Shown here piece by piece: positions 49,806 through 60,199 of a stretch of 64,000 bases of DNA; position 1 is the stretch's first letter, and every line of letters starts with the position of its first letter. The notes below the pieces were generated by a model that saw only the letters and a program-made list of their open reading frames with translations, was not told where the DNA came from and ran no database searches. The position numbers were made by a program, and so were the translations under genes. The stretch comes from Bacteroidota bacterium (GTDB taxonomy: Bacteria > Chlamydiota > Chlamydiia > Chlamydiales > FEN-1388), in assembly GCA_013285825.1 (NCBI GenBank), contig JABDGV010000002.1, positions 36,581 to 100,580 on the forward strand, in the 5' to 3' direction.

Positions 49806-51440
49806 ATGTATATTCGTTTTATTTTGCTTTTATGCTCTTTATGCATCTCCTTGATGGCGGACGATTTACATGTCAATGTGCCAGCTACTATTAAGCTAAA
49901 AATAGATCCTCGAGATTCTGTAGCTGGGCGGCCTGTAGTTGCTCAAATCGACGTCATTCGTACTAAATCGCAACAAGTTGATATTTCAAGCTTTCAAGTC
50001 GATGGCAAGCCTGTTGCAGTACAACTAATTCGAGAAGAGATGAAGGCGCCAAAAGAGCTTTTTTCAGTCAACGACCCAAATATGCTTGTGGTGAGCACCT
50101 ATACTACAAATCTTGGCATCTTGCCTCAAGGTGTAAAGACCTTTGGGCCTATCCAGGCCAGTATTGGAGGCGTATCAATCCAATCAAATGTTGCAAGCTT
50201 TGAGGTTGCCAAGGCAGTTGTGTCAGATAGATTTATAATGACTGCGGATGTAAAGCCGAAACGTATTTATCCTGGTCAGTCAATAGAATTTGTCTACAAA
50301 ATCATGTTTAAGGATCCCCTTCAGCTTACAACTGAGACTTTGCCCCTCTTTTCTCTCACTCAGATTCAATATGAGGGCTCTCCCCAAATGAACGCCTATC
50401 TTGAAGGAGATTATAATATTCAAGAGATCTCATTAAAGGGCCGTGCACAGTCTGCAGGATCTATTGATGTTGCGGTATCAGTAGCTGAAGGATTTGTTCG
50501 AAAAGATGATCCTTCAACAGGAGTTGTGCTCTTGCCGCCTCTGCTTCGAGCAGAAACGCCCTCTTTTTCTTTTACTGTGCAGCCCTTTCCTTCCGGAATG
50601 CCCAAAAACTTTTCAGGCGCTCTTGGAGCCTTTGCATTACGCTCACGAGTTGTTACGCCAGGCCAGATACGAGTAGGAGTTCCCTTTGATTTAGAAATTC
50701 TAGTCTCAGGACGAGGAGATTTGACTACGATTTCGCTGACACAGTTAGTTAACAGTCCATCTATCCAGGGTGTTTTTTCGCTTGCTGAGGGGCAGGCGCC
50801 TGTTATGACAGATACAACCAAGCAGTTTCTCTACAAATGCACTTTGCTCAAGTCTGATGTCAATGTGTTTCCAGAGATTCTTCTCTCCTCTTTTGACCCT
50901 GAAACGGGCCAATATCTTTCTATGCGCCTTCCTGCGCTTCCACTAAATGTAAAAAATGAGACTGGAGGCATTCAAGAAGTACAGGAGAAAAATGAGGCGT
51001 TGCCGCCACTAGAAGGCCCTTTAAGTCGAGTAGTCATTCCGCCTCTTTTTTTGATACTGCTGCCAATTATTGCTCTTATACTCTTTGCAATAGAGTGGGT
51101 TCTGCTTAAGAAAAAAAAGGAGGCTAAGCAAGAAGATATTCGATCTGGGTATACACTTATGTTAAATGCTTTAAAGCTTCGATCTCAGCCTTCAAAGAGT
51201 TTGCCGCTTGTCAAACGAGCTCTGATCTTAAGGCTTAAAGAATCGGACTTGATTTCCACTGATATTGATGCATCCGATCAACTCTCGACAAATGGGGTTG
51301 TAGGCGAAGTCAAAGAGATTTTGCGTCAGATCGATGAAACCCTTTATAAAAAAGAGGGGGCAGCTAAACCTGCCTCTGAAGTGTATGATGAAGCATCTCA
51401 ACTCTTTACTAAAATTCGAAAAATGAGGGTTGAGCGATGA
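49806..51440 (+). CDS. BatD-like protein
   Basis: Signal peptide, beta-rich domains with FSGALGAF, VSGRGDL and FDPETGQY, C-terminal TM helix. Confidence 0.78.
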   Translation: MYIRFILLLCSLCISLMADDLHVNVPATIKLKIDPRDSVAGRPVVAQIDVIRTKSQQVDISSFQVDGKPVAVQLIREEMKAPKELFSVNDPNMLVVSTYTTNLGILPQGVKTFGPIQASIGGVSIQSNVASFEVAKAVVSDRFIMTADVKPKRIYPGQSIEFVYKIMFKDPLQLTTETLPLFSLTQIQYEGSPQMNAYLEGDYNIQEISLKGRAQSAGSIDVAVSVAEGFVRKDDPSTGVVLLPPLLRAETPSFSFTVQPFPSGMPKNFSGALGAFALRSRVVTPGQIRVGVPFDLEILVSGRGDLTTISLTQLVNSPSIQGVFSLAEGQAPVMTDTTKQFLYKCTLLKSDVNVFPEILLSSFDPETGQYLSMRLPALPLNVKNETGGIQEVQEKNEALPPLEGPLSRVVIPPLFLILLPIIALILFAIEWVLLKKKKEAKQEDIRSGYTLMLNALKLRSQPSKSLPLVKRALILRLKESDLISTDIDASDQLSTNGVVGEVKEILRQIDETLYKKEGAAKPASEVYDEASQLFTKIRKMRVER

Positions 51441-52174
51441 GGAGCATTCTGATCCTATGCCTATTTTTAAGCTCTCTTTCTGCTGATGATCTCTACATCA
51501 ATAACCCTTTGAATATCTACAGAGATGCAATGGCTGAAAATGCTGTTGAGAAACAGTCGCAAAAATTTAATGAGGCGCTCACTCTTTATCTTACTCAAAA
51601 GCCTGAACATCCCTCAGAGATTTGGCACTATAATGTTGGAGCGTGCATGCTCGCCCTTCACGAACCAGGAGCCGCTGTCTACCACTTTTTAGCAGCTTTG
51701 CGGCTTGATCCATCTTTAACTGCTGCAAGACAGGGTTTACTAGTTGCAAGAGAGAATTGTGATTTGGAGTTGGATGTCTATGATTTTAGGCCCTTTTGGG
51801 TTGTGCCCTCGCTTCCACTTTCAGTTCTTGAAATTAGCTTTTTAATTGCTGTTCTTACCACCTTTTGCATTGCTTCTTTAGGGCTTTTTATTCGCTATTC
51901 GGCCTTAGTTAAGGTGGGTATGGGGTTGAGTATACTGTCTTTGTTGATCGGTTTGATTGTACTTCTTCGGTTTTTTGAGCCGCTTGAAGGCGTTATTGTT
52001 TATCCAGTCAAATTGCAAAGCCATATTACTGGAGGGCCGCTGCCTCGAGCAATGCTGCCCGGAGAGCTAGTCCGTGTCTTAGAAATTCAAGAGAGCATGA
52101 TCCATATTAAGACTTTAGAGGGCAACAGCGGCTGGCTGCCTGAGAAAAACTGCTGGGTGCTTTCTCTGGATTAA
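51437..52174 (+). CDS. BatE-like TPR/TM/SH3 protein
   Basis: YNVG...ALRLDP TPR, two TM helices, C-terminal SH3-like GELVRVL...GWLP. Confidence 0.75.
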   Translation: MRSILILCLFLSSLSADDLYINNPLNIYRDAMAENAVEKQSQKFNEALTLYLTQKPEHPSEIWHYNVGACMLALHEPGAAVYHFLAALRLDPSLTAARQGLLVARENCDLELDVYDFRPFWVVPSLPLSVLEISFLIAVLTTFCIASLGLFIRYSALVKVGMGLSILSLLIGLIVLLRFFEPLEGVIVYPVKLQSHITGGPLPRAMLPGELVRVLEIQESMIHIKTLEGNSGWLPEKNCWVLSLD

Positions 52175-52246
52175 TAACCTCTAGTTTTGGGTTCGTTACC
52201 ACGATCTCCTCTAAATTTCAGGAAACGAACCCAAAACTAGAGGTTA
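52175..52246. repeat. Perfect 23-bp inverted repeat
   Basis: taacctctagttttgggttcgtt (52175-52197) / aacgaacccaaaactagaggtta (52224-52246). Confidence 0.85.
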
Positions 52247-52287
52247 ATGAACTAAATTCAGCCATCAATTTGATCTGAATCAACCTA

Positions 52288-52445
52288 ATACTCATTCAAG
52301 TTCAAGAATTGGTTTTGGCTTCGGTAACATCTCAGCCAGCCTGTTAAAAAATCTTGTCCATAGAAAACACTATGAACGCGATTTTTTAACAGGCTGGCTG
52401 AGCGTTGCCTTTGCCAAATTCCAAATCTTGAACTTGAATGAGTAT
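52288..52445. mobile_element. ~158-bp palindromic MITE-like element
   Basis: atactcattcaagttcaaga/tcttgaacttgaatgagtat outer arms and ctcagccagcctgttaaaaaatc/gattttttaacaggctggctgag inner arms. Confidence 0.7.
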
Positions 52446-52480
52446 ATAACGCATAATACAGGAAAGAGAAAGAAATCTTA

Positions 52481-53506
52481 ATGGAATTAGGCACTAAGGC
52501 GTTATATAACGCACTCAAGTTTCGCACCCTTGAACACAATGAGCCGGCAAAAGTTTTATCCTGGCAAATTGCAGACTTGAGAGAGGTGACCCTCGATGCG
52601 CTGTTTCAAGACTTAAACAAACTTGGCTGCAACCTCGATAAACAGACCTTTTTAGTGTATGCCGAAGAGTGCGATTCTCCTGAAGATATGGTTGAGATTG
52701 TCTCCTCTGCTCAAGAAGAGGAGGAGCCAGAATTGCTTGATCGGATCTACCTTATCCTCTTTGAACTGTGGCGGCGGCTTATTCCAGAGCGCCCCTCGAT
52801 CTCTATTCTCTGCGATGAACTTGACCGCGCCATTTTCTCCTACGACCTTGGACATGAAGATGCCGAGATTGTTTGGGATGCCCTTGAACCTGTTTTAGAG
52901 ATTGTCCAATTGAGTGTTGATCAGGGAATGAATGTCCAAGAGGCATTTGGTGCAATTGAGGCCAATTGCGCCCATGATTTAAGGCGCTTTTTTACTGACT
53001 TTATTCTGGATTTATTGGACAGCAGATCAATTCAAGATGCTGAAGATCTCTTTAATCGACTAAAGCCTTTGTTTGATAAAAACCCATGGACGTGGCTGAT
53101 TGAGGCTCGATTTATCATCAAGCAAAAGCCAATAGAGGCAAAAGCACTCTTTCGTAAAGCTGTAACAGCGGCTAAAGAGGGCTCATATCCAACAGCATTT
53201 TTTGCAGAAGCGGCTCAAGCGCTTCGCTGGATTGAAGATGACACTCTCCTCGTTCCCATTCTCGACAGCGCCTTTCGTTCTATTCAGAGTCATGAAGATG
53301 GCTGCACCTATCTTGAAATTTTATCTGATGCCGTCTCGTTTTATGACTTAGATTCTCTTGAAAATGAAGTTCAAGAACTTGTGAAAAAGGCAGAAAAACC
53401 TTTTAAGCCTGTAGCCAATGATCCTGTGATGGTAAAACTTCATGCGCTTGCTCAGGCAATTAAAGCGGGCGTTGAGCGTAACCAGTCGCAAGAAGCAAGC
53501 ACATAA
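52481..53506 (+). CDS. Hypothetical helical protein, probably Chlamydiae-conserved
   Basis: 341-aa ORF; no motif recognised with confidence. Confidence 0.7.
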   Translation: MELGTKALYNALKFRTLEHNEPAKVLSWQIADLREVTLDALFQDLNKLGCNLDKQTFLVYAEECDSPEDMVEIVSSAQEEEEPELLDRIYLILFELWRRLIPERPSISILCDELDRAIFSYDLGHEDAEIVWDALEPVLEIVQLSVDQGMNVQEAFGAIEANCAHDLRRFFTDFILDLLDSRSIQDAEDLFNRLKPLFDKNPWTWLIEARFIIKQKPIEAKALFRKAVTAAKEGSYPTAFFAEAAQALRWIEDDTLLVPILDSAFRSIQSHEDGCTYLEILSDAVSFYDLDSLENEVQELVKKAEKPFKPVANDPVMVKLHALAQAIKAGVERNQSQEAST

Positions 53507-54198
53507 CGAACACCTCGAGCTTCTCCAAAGAGCGGAGGAGTTCCCTCTCGTATTCCATGAAGATGGCCAAAGACGCATAAAGAAATTCCATACGCTTCCA
53601 AGAGCTGAGACGCTTTAGAGGGAGCAAGATCTAAACCTATTGGTGGGTAATGGGTCATAGCAATTTTATGTTTAGCTCCCTGAGGAATCGCTTTTAAGCT
53701 CGTCTCCAGCCGCTGCAGCTCCCGTTCAAAAAGCTGTTCGTTTTGTTCCGGGGTGGATAGATCTATCTTTTTGCTCGCCTTGTTTTCCTTAAAGTCAATA
53801 ATCGAGGAGAAGCTGTATTCAGAACTATCCCAAAGCCTCGCTCCACCGATGGCAATATCTCCTAGGATAAAAGAATCGTTTTGTATGGCATGTAGCGATT
53901 TTGGGAGGGCTTTACGTACCTTTGATATGGAATCCCACCAGTAGTCGTGGTTGCCGCGGATAATAACTTTGGTGCCGGGCCGTGCATCCACCCAAGCAAA
54001 ATCTAAAATTGCCTGGTCGATTTTCATCGCCCAAGAAATATCTCCTGGGATGAGGACTAAGTCGTCAGGCTTAATGAGTGCATCCCATTTTTCTTCTAAA
54101 GCTTTGGGATGGCCTTTCCACGCCTCTCCAAAAATATCCATGCTTTTACTGGGAACTCCAAAGGAGAGATGGAGATCTGCTATTGTAAAAATTCGCAT
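53452..54198 (-). CDS. Calcineurin-like metallophosphoesterase
   Basis: ADLH, PGD, GNHD, THYPP and GHLH motifs. Confidence 0.92.
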   Translation of the reverse strand: MRIFTIADLHLSFGVPSKSMDIFGEAWKGHPKALEEKWDALIKPDDLVLIPGDISWAMKIDQAILDFAWVDARPGTKVIIRGNHDYWWDSISKVRKALPKSLHAIQNDSFILGDIAIGGARLWDSSEYSFSSIIDFKENKASKKIDLSTPEQNEQLFERELQRLETSLKAIPQGAKHKIAMTHYPPIGLDLAPSKASQLLEAYGISLCVFGHLHGIREGTPPLFGEARGVRYVLASCDWLRSTPALIA

Positions 54199-54223
54199 GA
54201 GCGTCTCGTTATTAAAAATAATT

Positions 54224-54295
54224 TACCACAGAGATCACAGAGCACACAGAGAAATTTGTTTTCAAATCTCTGTGTGCTCTGTGATCTCTGTGGTA
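54224..54295. repeat. CACAGAG-type palindromic REP-like element, copy 3 (perfect 29-bp arms)
   Basis: taccacagagatcacagagcacacagaga / tctctgtgtgctctgtgatctctgtggta. Confidence 0.88.
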
Positions 54296-54306
54296 GAATA
54301 ATCAAC

Positions 54307-55659
54307 TTAGAATGTGAACCCTTCGGGAAGAGTCACTCCTCGGGGCACAACGATGATGCCATCTCTGACATAGATCAAATCACTATCATAATCGGTGAGG
54401 TTTTGCTTATTGATGAGGTGGACCCGATTACGCAGCGTGACCTGTTTATCGATTATTGCTTTTTTGATGAGGCAATCTTCTCCAATTTCAGAGGGGGTGC
54501 CGTGAAGATCATTACCCATGATGTAGGAGTTTTGGATAATAGTACCCTTTCGGATTATTGATCGCTGACCAATGATGCTTCTAGTAATTTCATTTGCTTC
54601 GATTACCGATCCTTCGCAGATGATAGCATGGTTGATATGGCCTCCACGTATTTTAGCTCCCGGAAGTGTGTGAGCTGTTGTGAAGATTGGCATTGATTCA
54701 GCGTAGAGATCAAAAGGAGGTTGAGGTTCAGCCAAGGCTAAGTTTGCTTCATAAAAAGATTCAACAGTGCCGATATCTTCCCAATAGCCATTATGAGCAA
54801 ATGCTCCAATTTTCCCTTTGCCGACTTTTGCAGGAATGATGTGTTTGCCAAAATCTTCTCGTAAATCGGTATCAAGCATTTGGATAAGCGCTTCCCGCTT
54901 GAAGAGATAAATGCCCATCGACCCCAAAAAGGGCTTTTCGCTGCCGGATATAAACCCCATTTTGTGAAGAATTTCTGGAGAGGTTCTTAAGCGATCAAGA
55001 GCTTGAATAGATGAGGGCTTTTCATGGAAATCGATGATATCGTGGTCTTCATTGACCTTCAAGATACCCATGCGGCGCGCCTCTTTTTCATCAACAGCAA
55101 GTGTTGCAACTAAGACATCGACATCAGTTGTTATGGCTGTTTGAAGCATAGAGCAAAAGTCCATGCGATAGAGCTGGTCTCCTGAGAGAACAAGAACGTA
55201 TTCGGCCGAGATTTCTAAAAGGTAGTCAAGGTTTTGCCGTACAGCATCAGCTGTTCCGTTGTACCATCGATTGCAATTAGCACGCTGTTCTGCAGTCAAT
55301 ACTTCAACAAAGCCGCCAGTAAGAGCATTTGGAGGGTATGTGTGGAGAATATGGTGGTGAAGAGATCGGGAGAGAAATTGAGTTAAGACAAAAATAGTGT
55401 CAATCCCGGAGCCTAAGGCATTAGAGATTGGTACATCAATTAAGCGATAGCGTCCGCCAAATTCAATAGCAGGCTTGCAGCGATTTTTTGAAAGAGGAAA
55501 GAGTCTTGTGCCTTGGCCCCCTGCAAGAATAATGCAGGCGACTTTGGACATGTCGACGGTCTGAATCACTTTCTGTTTTTTTATCCCTTTGCTGATCGAG
55601 GACTTTTTTTTCTCTGCCTCTTTCAAGTCATCTAAGGTGATATTTTTCGCTGCAGGCAT
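54307..55659 (-). CDS. glgC: Glucose-1-phosphate adenylyltransferase
   Basis: LAGGQGTRLFPL, KPAIEFGGRYRLID, GTADAV, SMGIY and YWEDIGT motifs. Confidence 0.96.
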   Translation of the reverse strand: MPAAKNITLDDLKEAEKKKSSISKGIKKQKVIQTVDMSKVACIILAGGQGTRLFPLSKNRCKPAIEFGGRYRLIDVPISNALGSGIDTIFVLTQFLSRSLHHHILHTYPPNALTGGFVEVLTAEQRANCNRWYNGTADAVRQNLDYLLEISAEYVLVLSGDQLYRMDFCSMLQTAITTDVDVLVATLAVDEKEARRMGILKVNEDHDIIDFHEKPSSIQALDRLRTSPEILHKMGFISGSEKPFLGSMGIYLFKREALIQMLDTDLREDFGKHIIPAKVGKGKIGAFAHNGYWEDIGTVESFYEANLALAEPQPPFDLYAESMPIFTTAHTLPGAKIRGGHINHAIICEGSVIEANEITRSIIGQRSIIRKGTIIQNSYIMGNDLHGTPSEIGEDCLIKKAIIDKQVTLRNRVHLINKQNLTDYDSDLIYVRDGIIVVPRGVTLPEGFTF

Positions 55660-55742
55660 ACTTCTCCGCGTAAGTTGCTCGTTAATTCATACAGTACTTG
55701 CTCGATTTTTCGATATTAAATACTAAAAATACGGCAGTGTAT

Positions 55743-56126
55743 TTAACTGCTATACTTGTGGCTTAATCTTCCAAGAGCTAAGGCTCCAAGAAGCAAGCCT
55801 AAATCCCGAAGGGCGATGTCGTAAAAGTGTCCAGTCATAAGAAGATTTATAATAATGGCTAAAAGCCAGAGAGCAACGATATAGGCAAAAACTTGCGGTT
55901 TGAAAAACGTGCCGATACCAGCAATAATTTCAACAACGCCAATAGCCATCATAAAGGCTTGTGCATTGCCGTGAACAACTTGCATAACCATAGGAGATAA
56001 ATATCCAGGCCAATAGGCAAGTATATTATAGAATTTATCTATACCTGCAAGAATGGGTGCTACCACAAAGGCAAATTGCAGAATCCTAAATGCCTGATAG
56101 CCATAATCCCCAGGAAATTTAGACAT
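55743..56126 (-). CDS. DoxX-like small membrane protein
   Basis: APILAGIDKF, GVVEIIAG and YDIALRDLGL motifs; four TM helices; ATG 56126. Confidence 0.75.
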   Translation of the reverse strand: MSKFPGDYGYQAFRILQFAFVVAPILAGIDKFYNILAYWPGYLSPMVMQVVHGNAQAFMMAIGVVEIIAGIGTFFKPQVFAYIVALWLLAIIINLLMTGHFYDIALRDLGLLLGALALGRLSHKYSS

Positions 56127-56261
56127 ATAAGTATCTCCTTGTCTTATCCATTTTGAGTACCACAACCTCTAAATAAAAGAAATAATTTTAATTAGATAGC
56201 TAATTGCAAAAAACATTTTTTAATGATAAAATTCATCTCTAAAACATTAATAAATGAATTT

Positions 56262-57470
56262 ATGAACCTCTCATCAAGATCAAGTACACTCTTAATTCTC
56301 GCCTGTGTCGGCCATTTTCTAGTCGATACCATGATTGGCATCTGGCCTCTTTTTAAACTGGAAGCGGGAATTGAAATTGCTTTGGCTGCACTTCTTACTG
56401 GTGTGTGTGTGGTCATTGGCGAGGGTCTTCAGGCCTATTTTGGATCTTTAGCGGATCGCGGCTATGTTTTGGCACTGCTTGCTTTGGGGCCTGTTTTGGC
56501 TGCAGTATCTGCCTTTTTGCCCTATGGAAACGGGCTCTATTTCTATGCCTTTTGCTTGATTTGCACCTATATTGGATCTTCAGCCTTTCACCCAACAGCT
56601 GCAGGTGTTGTCGCCTCGTTAGATCCGAAACGAGCAAATGTGTTGGTAGCTATATTTCACAGCTCAGGACTTGTTGGTCTTGCTTTGAGCCAGACCCTTT
56701 ATTCCCTAACCACCTATGAAAGGGCTTATCCGTCTACCTGGCTTTTAGCTGTTCCTGCACTCCTTGTAGCAATAGCTCTTTTCATTGCAAAGAATAAAGT
56801 TCCCCTCGAAAAAACAATCTCAAAAAAATCTGAGACCCATTTTTTGAAGACTATGCTTGGCTATTTTAAGATTCAGCCTCTAAGACTTCTCTATTTCATT
56901 CTCCTTTTTAACCAGATTGTGATCTGGTCCATCATGTTTCTTATTCCCGACTTTATAGTAAGCAGGACCGATGAGGCGTGGATGATTTTGGGCGGAGGAA
57001 ACCTTGTCTATGTTCTCGGTGCTGCTTGTGCAGCAGTCCCTCTGGGCTTTCTTGCTGATAGGCTTCAGCCTGACAAGGTGATCTTTTCTGTTATGGTTCT
57101 TGCTGCCGGAGTTCTCTATGCTCTTTTGCTGTCTCCTGAGCTGTCCCCTCTCTATATGTCGATCCTCTTGTTTATAGCTGGAGGCTGTTTAGGTGCCGTC
57201 CAGCCTCTCTCTATCGCTTTAGGGATAAAATTTATTCCTACCGAACGAGGGATGATTTCAGCATTTCTTATGGGCTTTGTTTGGATCTTTTCCGAAGGCG
57301 TGGGCATTTCCTTAAGCGGGGTTTTAGCCTCCCTTTTTTCAGAAGATGCACCGGCAAAATCTCTTCTTATCATGTCTATAGGCACTATCATTTCTGCAGC
57401 CCTTGCTTATCGGCTTATACGATTGCAAAAGTCATTGGCAGTTGCTGCGGTGCGAAATTTAAGTTCTTAA
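56262..57470 (+). CDS. MFS transporter (Fsr-like)
   Basis: About 12 TM helices, GSLADR and GFLADR motif A copies, GSSAFHP; alternative start 56223. Confidence 0.88.
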   Translation: MNLSSRSSTLLILACVGHFLVDTMIGIWPLFKLEAGIEIALAALLTGVCVVIGEGLQAYFGSLADRGYVLALLALGPVLAAVSAFLPYGNGLYFYAFCLICTYIGSSAFHPTAAGVVASLDPKRANVLVAIFHSSGLVGLALSQTLYSLTTYERAYPSTWLLAVPALLVAIALFIAKNKVPLEKTISKKSETHFLKTMLGYFKIQPLRLLYFILLFNQIVIWSIMFLIPDFIVSRTDEAWMILGGGNLVYVLGAACAAVPLGFLADRLQPDKVIFSVMVLAAGVLYALLLSPELSPLYMSILLFIAGGCLGAVQPLSIALGIKFIPTERGMISAFLMGFVWIFSEGVGISLSGVLASLFSEDAPAKSLLIMSIGTIISAALAYRLIRLQKSLAVAAVRNLSS

Positions 57471-57477
57471 ATTTTTT

Positions 57478-57555
57478 TCACAACTGAGATCACAGAGCCC
57501 ACGGAGTATTTTAGCTACAGTTTCCTCTCTGTGCACTCACTGTTCTCTGTGGTTA
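57478..57555. repeat. CACAGAG-type palindromic element, degenerate copy 4
   Basis: actgagatcacagagcccacggag ... ctctgtgcactcactgttctctgtggtt. Confidence 0.6.
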
Positions 57556-57643
57556 ATAGTAAAGCTAACCTAGACATCAGTAGATGTTTGTCACTTCCAA
57601 GATTCAGGAGATTTGCTATGATCTCACATAAAATATAATAGGT

Positions 57644-60199
57644 TTGTTTGTGAGATTCATAATTCTTGTTCTCATTCCATTTTCACTGTGTGCTCAAGCA
57701 ACTCTAGATGAGTTTTTAAGAGAGCTTCCCACCTCTTCATCCCAATTACAGCCAGTTCTTCCCTCTTGGCAGGCCGAAGTGATTGAGCGCTATGAAGATG
57801 GAGCATCAAAGCTTGTTGAGTTTCTTGACCCAAATCAAGATATGTGGCCCATGAAGCGTCTTGAGTTCTATCCAAATGGCTACTTAGCTTTGGAAAGTGA
57901 TTTGGCCGCCAAGGGAAAGGGTATTGAGGCTGGGATTGCAGATGGTGTTGCGTGCAGCTTTTTTCAAGATGGATCGCTTGCAGCAATTACACACTACAAA
58001 GCAGGACTTGAGACTGGCCGCTTTATTTCCTATTACCCCTTAGGGACAGTCAATATCGATTGCAACTTTATAAATGCCTCTCTTGATGGCCCTTATAAGG
58101 AATACTATGAGAATGGAAGCCGAAAAATAGAGTGTTGCTATAGCAAGGGGCTGCTTTCTGGTGAGTACACGGAGTGGTTTAAGAATGGAAAAAAGCAGCT
58201 TTCAGCCCATTATGAAGCGGGGCTTTTACAGGGCAAGCGTACAGTTTGGTATGAATCAGGGGCGCTTTTGGAAGTTGGATATTTTACTTTAGGCTCTCCT
58301 ACAGATTCTCAAGGAGCTCCTGGCAAGCAGCGCTGGTATGAGAATGGCCAGATTTTTGAAAGCGAGCATTTTAGGCTTGGCTGTCCCATAGGTGATTGGG
58401 TGCGCCTGCATGAAAATGGCAGAAAGGCAATGACGGTCCGGTTCAAAGATGGGTTTAAGGATGGAGAACAAGCCTATTTCAATAGCTCAGGCGATAAAAT
58501 TGGCTCCAATGGATATAAATCTGGCTTGCTTGTTGGAAAATGCTACCGCCTTCACAGTAATAAAGAGACTGCATTTTCTGCGGTCTTTGATCAATCGGGC
58601 GTGCTTCAAGGAGCGATTCTTGAGTCGGACGCCAAAGGCAAGCCCATTCGGCGCTATCGAGCGAAGAATGTACCAACGGGTTTGCAGTTGGATGGCGAAT
58701 ATTCTGAATGGCTGCCAACAGGAGAGCTTATTCAGACACTGTCCTTTTCTAATGGCCTTTTTCACGGAGAGCAAGCGGCCTATTTTCCAAATGGTCAACA
58801 AATGAAGAGAGCGAACTTTACTCATGGCGTGCGAGAGGGCCAAACGCAAGAGTGGTTTGATAATGGAAAAATTGACTCTGCATGCAGCCTCAATAAGGGT
58901 GAAGTGGAGGGTCTTTATGAGACCTGGTATAAAAATGGTTCTCATAGGTCTCAAGGTACATTTAAAGATGGTAATAGTGTTGGCGAGCACTGCTCTTGGT
59001 TTGAAAATGGTCAAAAAGAGTTTTCGGCTAATTGGAAAGACGATTGTCTTAATGGAAAGGTGTCTGTTTGGTACCCCAGCGGCCAGATTGAAATTCAAGA
59101 AGAGTGGAATGATGGAGCGGAAGATGGCCTTTTTCTTTCGTGGTATGAAAGCGGAGCAAAAAGATCATCAGAGCGATATAAAAATGCTCTTTTGTCCGGG
59201 CTTTGTGAAGAGTGGTATGAGAATGGACGGCCCTGCTTAAAAGCTGTCTATGTTGATGGAGAGACCAATGGAGAGGTTGTCCGCTATTTTGCAGACGGGC
59301 GAATTGAAAGCAGAGGGAGCTATAACTATGGCAAGCCTGAAAAGGTGCATGAATCTTATTCCATACGAGATGGAGCCTACTTCCTTTCATCGAGAATTTG
59401 TTATTCAGGCGGCCTAATCAATGGCCTGGCTGAGAAATGGACCTCCCCCGATCAAAAAGTTTTGGAGATGTCCTATCTTGCAGGGCTTCCAGATGGCAAA
59501 AAGCGCCTCTGGAGCGAGTCGGGAGATTTGCTTTTTGAGGGTGAATTTCTCAAAGGCGCGCCCATTGGCAAACAGCGTCGTATAAGCCTCGATGGCACGG
59601 AAGAGATCGTTCATTATGAAAATGGGCTGCTTGATGGTCTTTCTGTGACCTTTTATCCCCTCCATCCAACTTTTGGACGGATTAAAGCTTTTGAAATGCC
59701 CTACGTTCGAGGCGTGGCTCAAGGAGAGTTCATTGAATATAATCAGGCTGGATCCAGGGTGCGGCTGCTTGAGATGTCTCAAGGCAAAAGAGAGGGGCGT
59801 GCAGTTGTTTATGCCGCTGATGGAAAAGTTGCAGGAACAGCTTTCTTCAAACAAGATCTACTCGATGGGCCTGTTACCCTTTTCTTTCCCAATGGAACAC
59901 TTTTTCGAAAAATTATGTTTAGTAAAGGTGAGCAAACCGGCGAGGAAATTACCTATTTTGATACTGGAAAAATTGCTGCCAAAAACCAGTATCTGGCTGG
60001 AAAGCTCAATGGAATATGTTCTGAGTGGAATGCTCAGGGTGTTTTAGTCTTTGAATCGGAATACAAAAATGGACAGCGCCATGGAAAGTTTAATAAATTT
60101 TTTGATAACGGGCGCCCAAAAGTCTTTATGCAGTTTAAAAACGATCATTTAATCTCTAAGCGTTCGTTTACGGAAGCGGGGATTGAGGTGTCTCAATAA
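57644..60199 (+). CDS. Secreted MORN-variant (YwqK-like) repeat protein
   Basis: Signal peptide followed by many G..xG..xWYxNG repeats. Confidence 0.85.
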   Translation: MFVRFIILVLIPFSLCAQATLDEFLRELPTSSSQLQPVLPSWQAEVIERYEDGASKLVEFLDPNQDMWPMKRLEFYPNGYLALESDLAAKGKGIEAGIADGVACSFFQDGSLAAITHYKAGLETGRFISYYPLGTVNIDCNFINASLDGPYKEYYENGSRKIECCYSKGLLSGEYTEWFKNGKKQLSAHYEAGLLQGKRTVWYESGALLEVGYFTLGSPTDSQGAPGKQRWYENGQIFESEHFRLGCPIGDWVRLHENGRKAMTVRFKDGFKDGEQAYFNSSGDKIGSNGYKSGLLVGKCYRLHSNKETAFSAVFDQSGVLQGAILESDAKGKPIRRYRAKNVPTGLQLDGEYSEWLPTGELIQTLSFSNGLFHGEQAAYFPNGQQMKRANFTHGVREGQTQEWFDNGKIDSACSLNKGEVEGLYETWYKNGSHRSQGTFKDGNSVGEHCSWFENGQKEFSANWKDDCLNGKVSVWYPSGQIEIQEEWNDGAEDGLFLSWYESGAKRSSERYKNALLSGLCEEWYENGRPCLKAVYVDGETNGEVVRYFADGRIESRGSYNYGKPEKVHESYSIRDGAYFLSSRICYSGGLINGLAEKWTSPDQKVLEMSYLAGLPDGKKRLWSESGDLLFEGEFLKGAPIGKQRRISLDGTEEIVHYENGLLDGLSVTFYPLHPTFGRIKAFEMPYVRGVAQGEFIEYNQAGSRVRLLEMSQGKREGRAVVYAADGKVAGTAFFKQDLLDGPVTLFFPNGTLFRKIMFSKGEQTGEEITYFDTGKIAAKNQYLAGKLNGICSEWNAQGVLVFESEYKNGQRHGKFNKFFDNGRPKVFMQFKNDHLISKRSFTEAGIEVSQ

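Noticed and set aside
52285-52539. 84-aa ORF, and 6341..6526
   Set aside because: Both coincide with long palindromic elements and show no protein features
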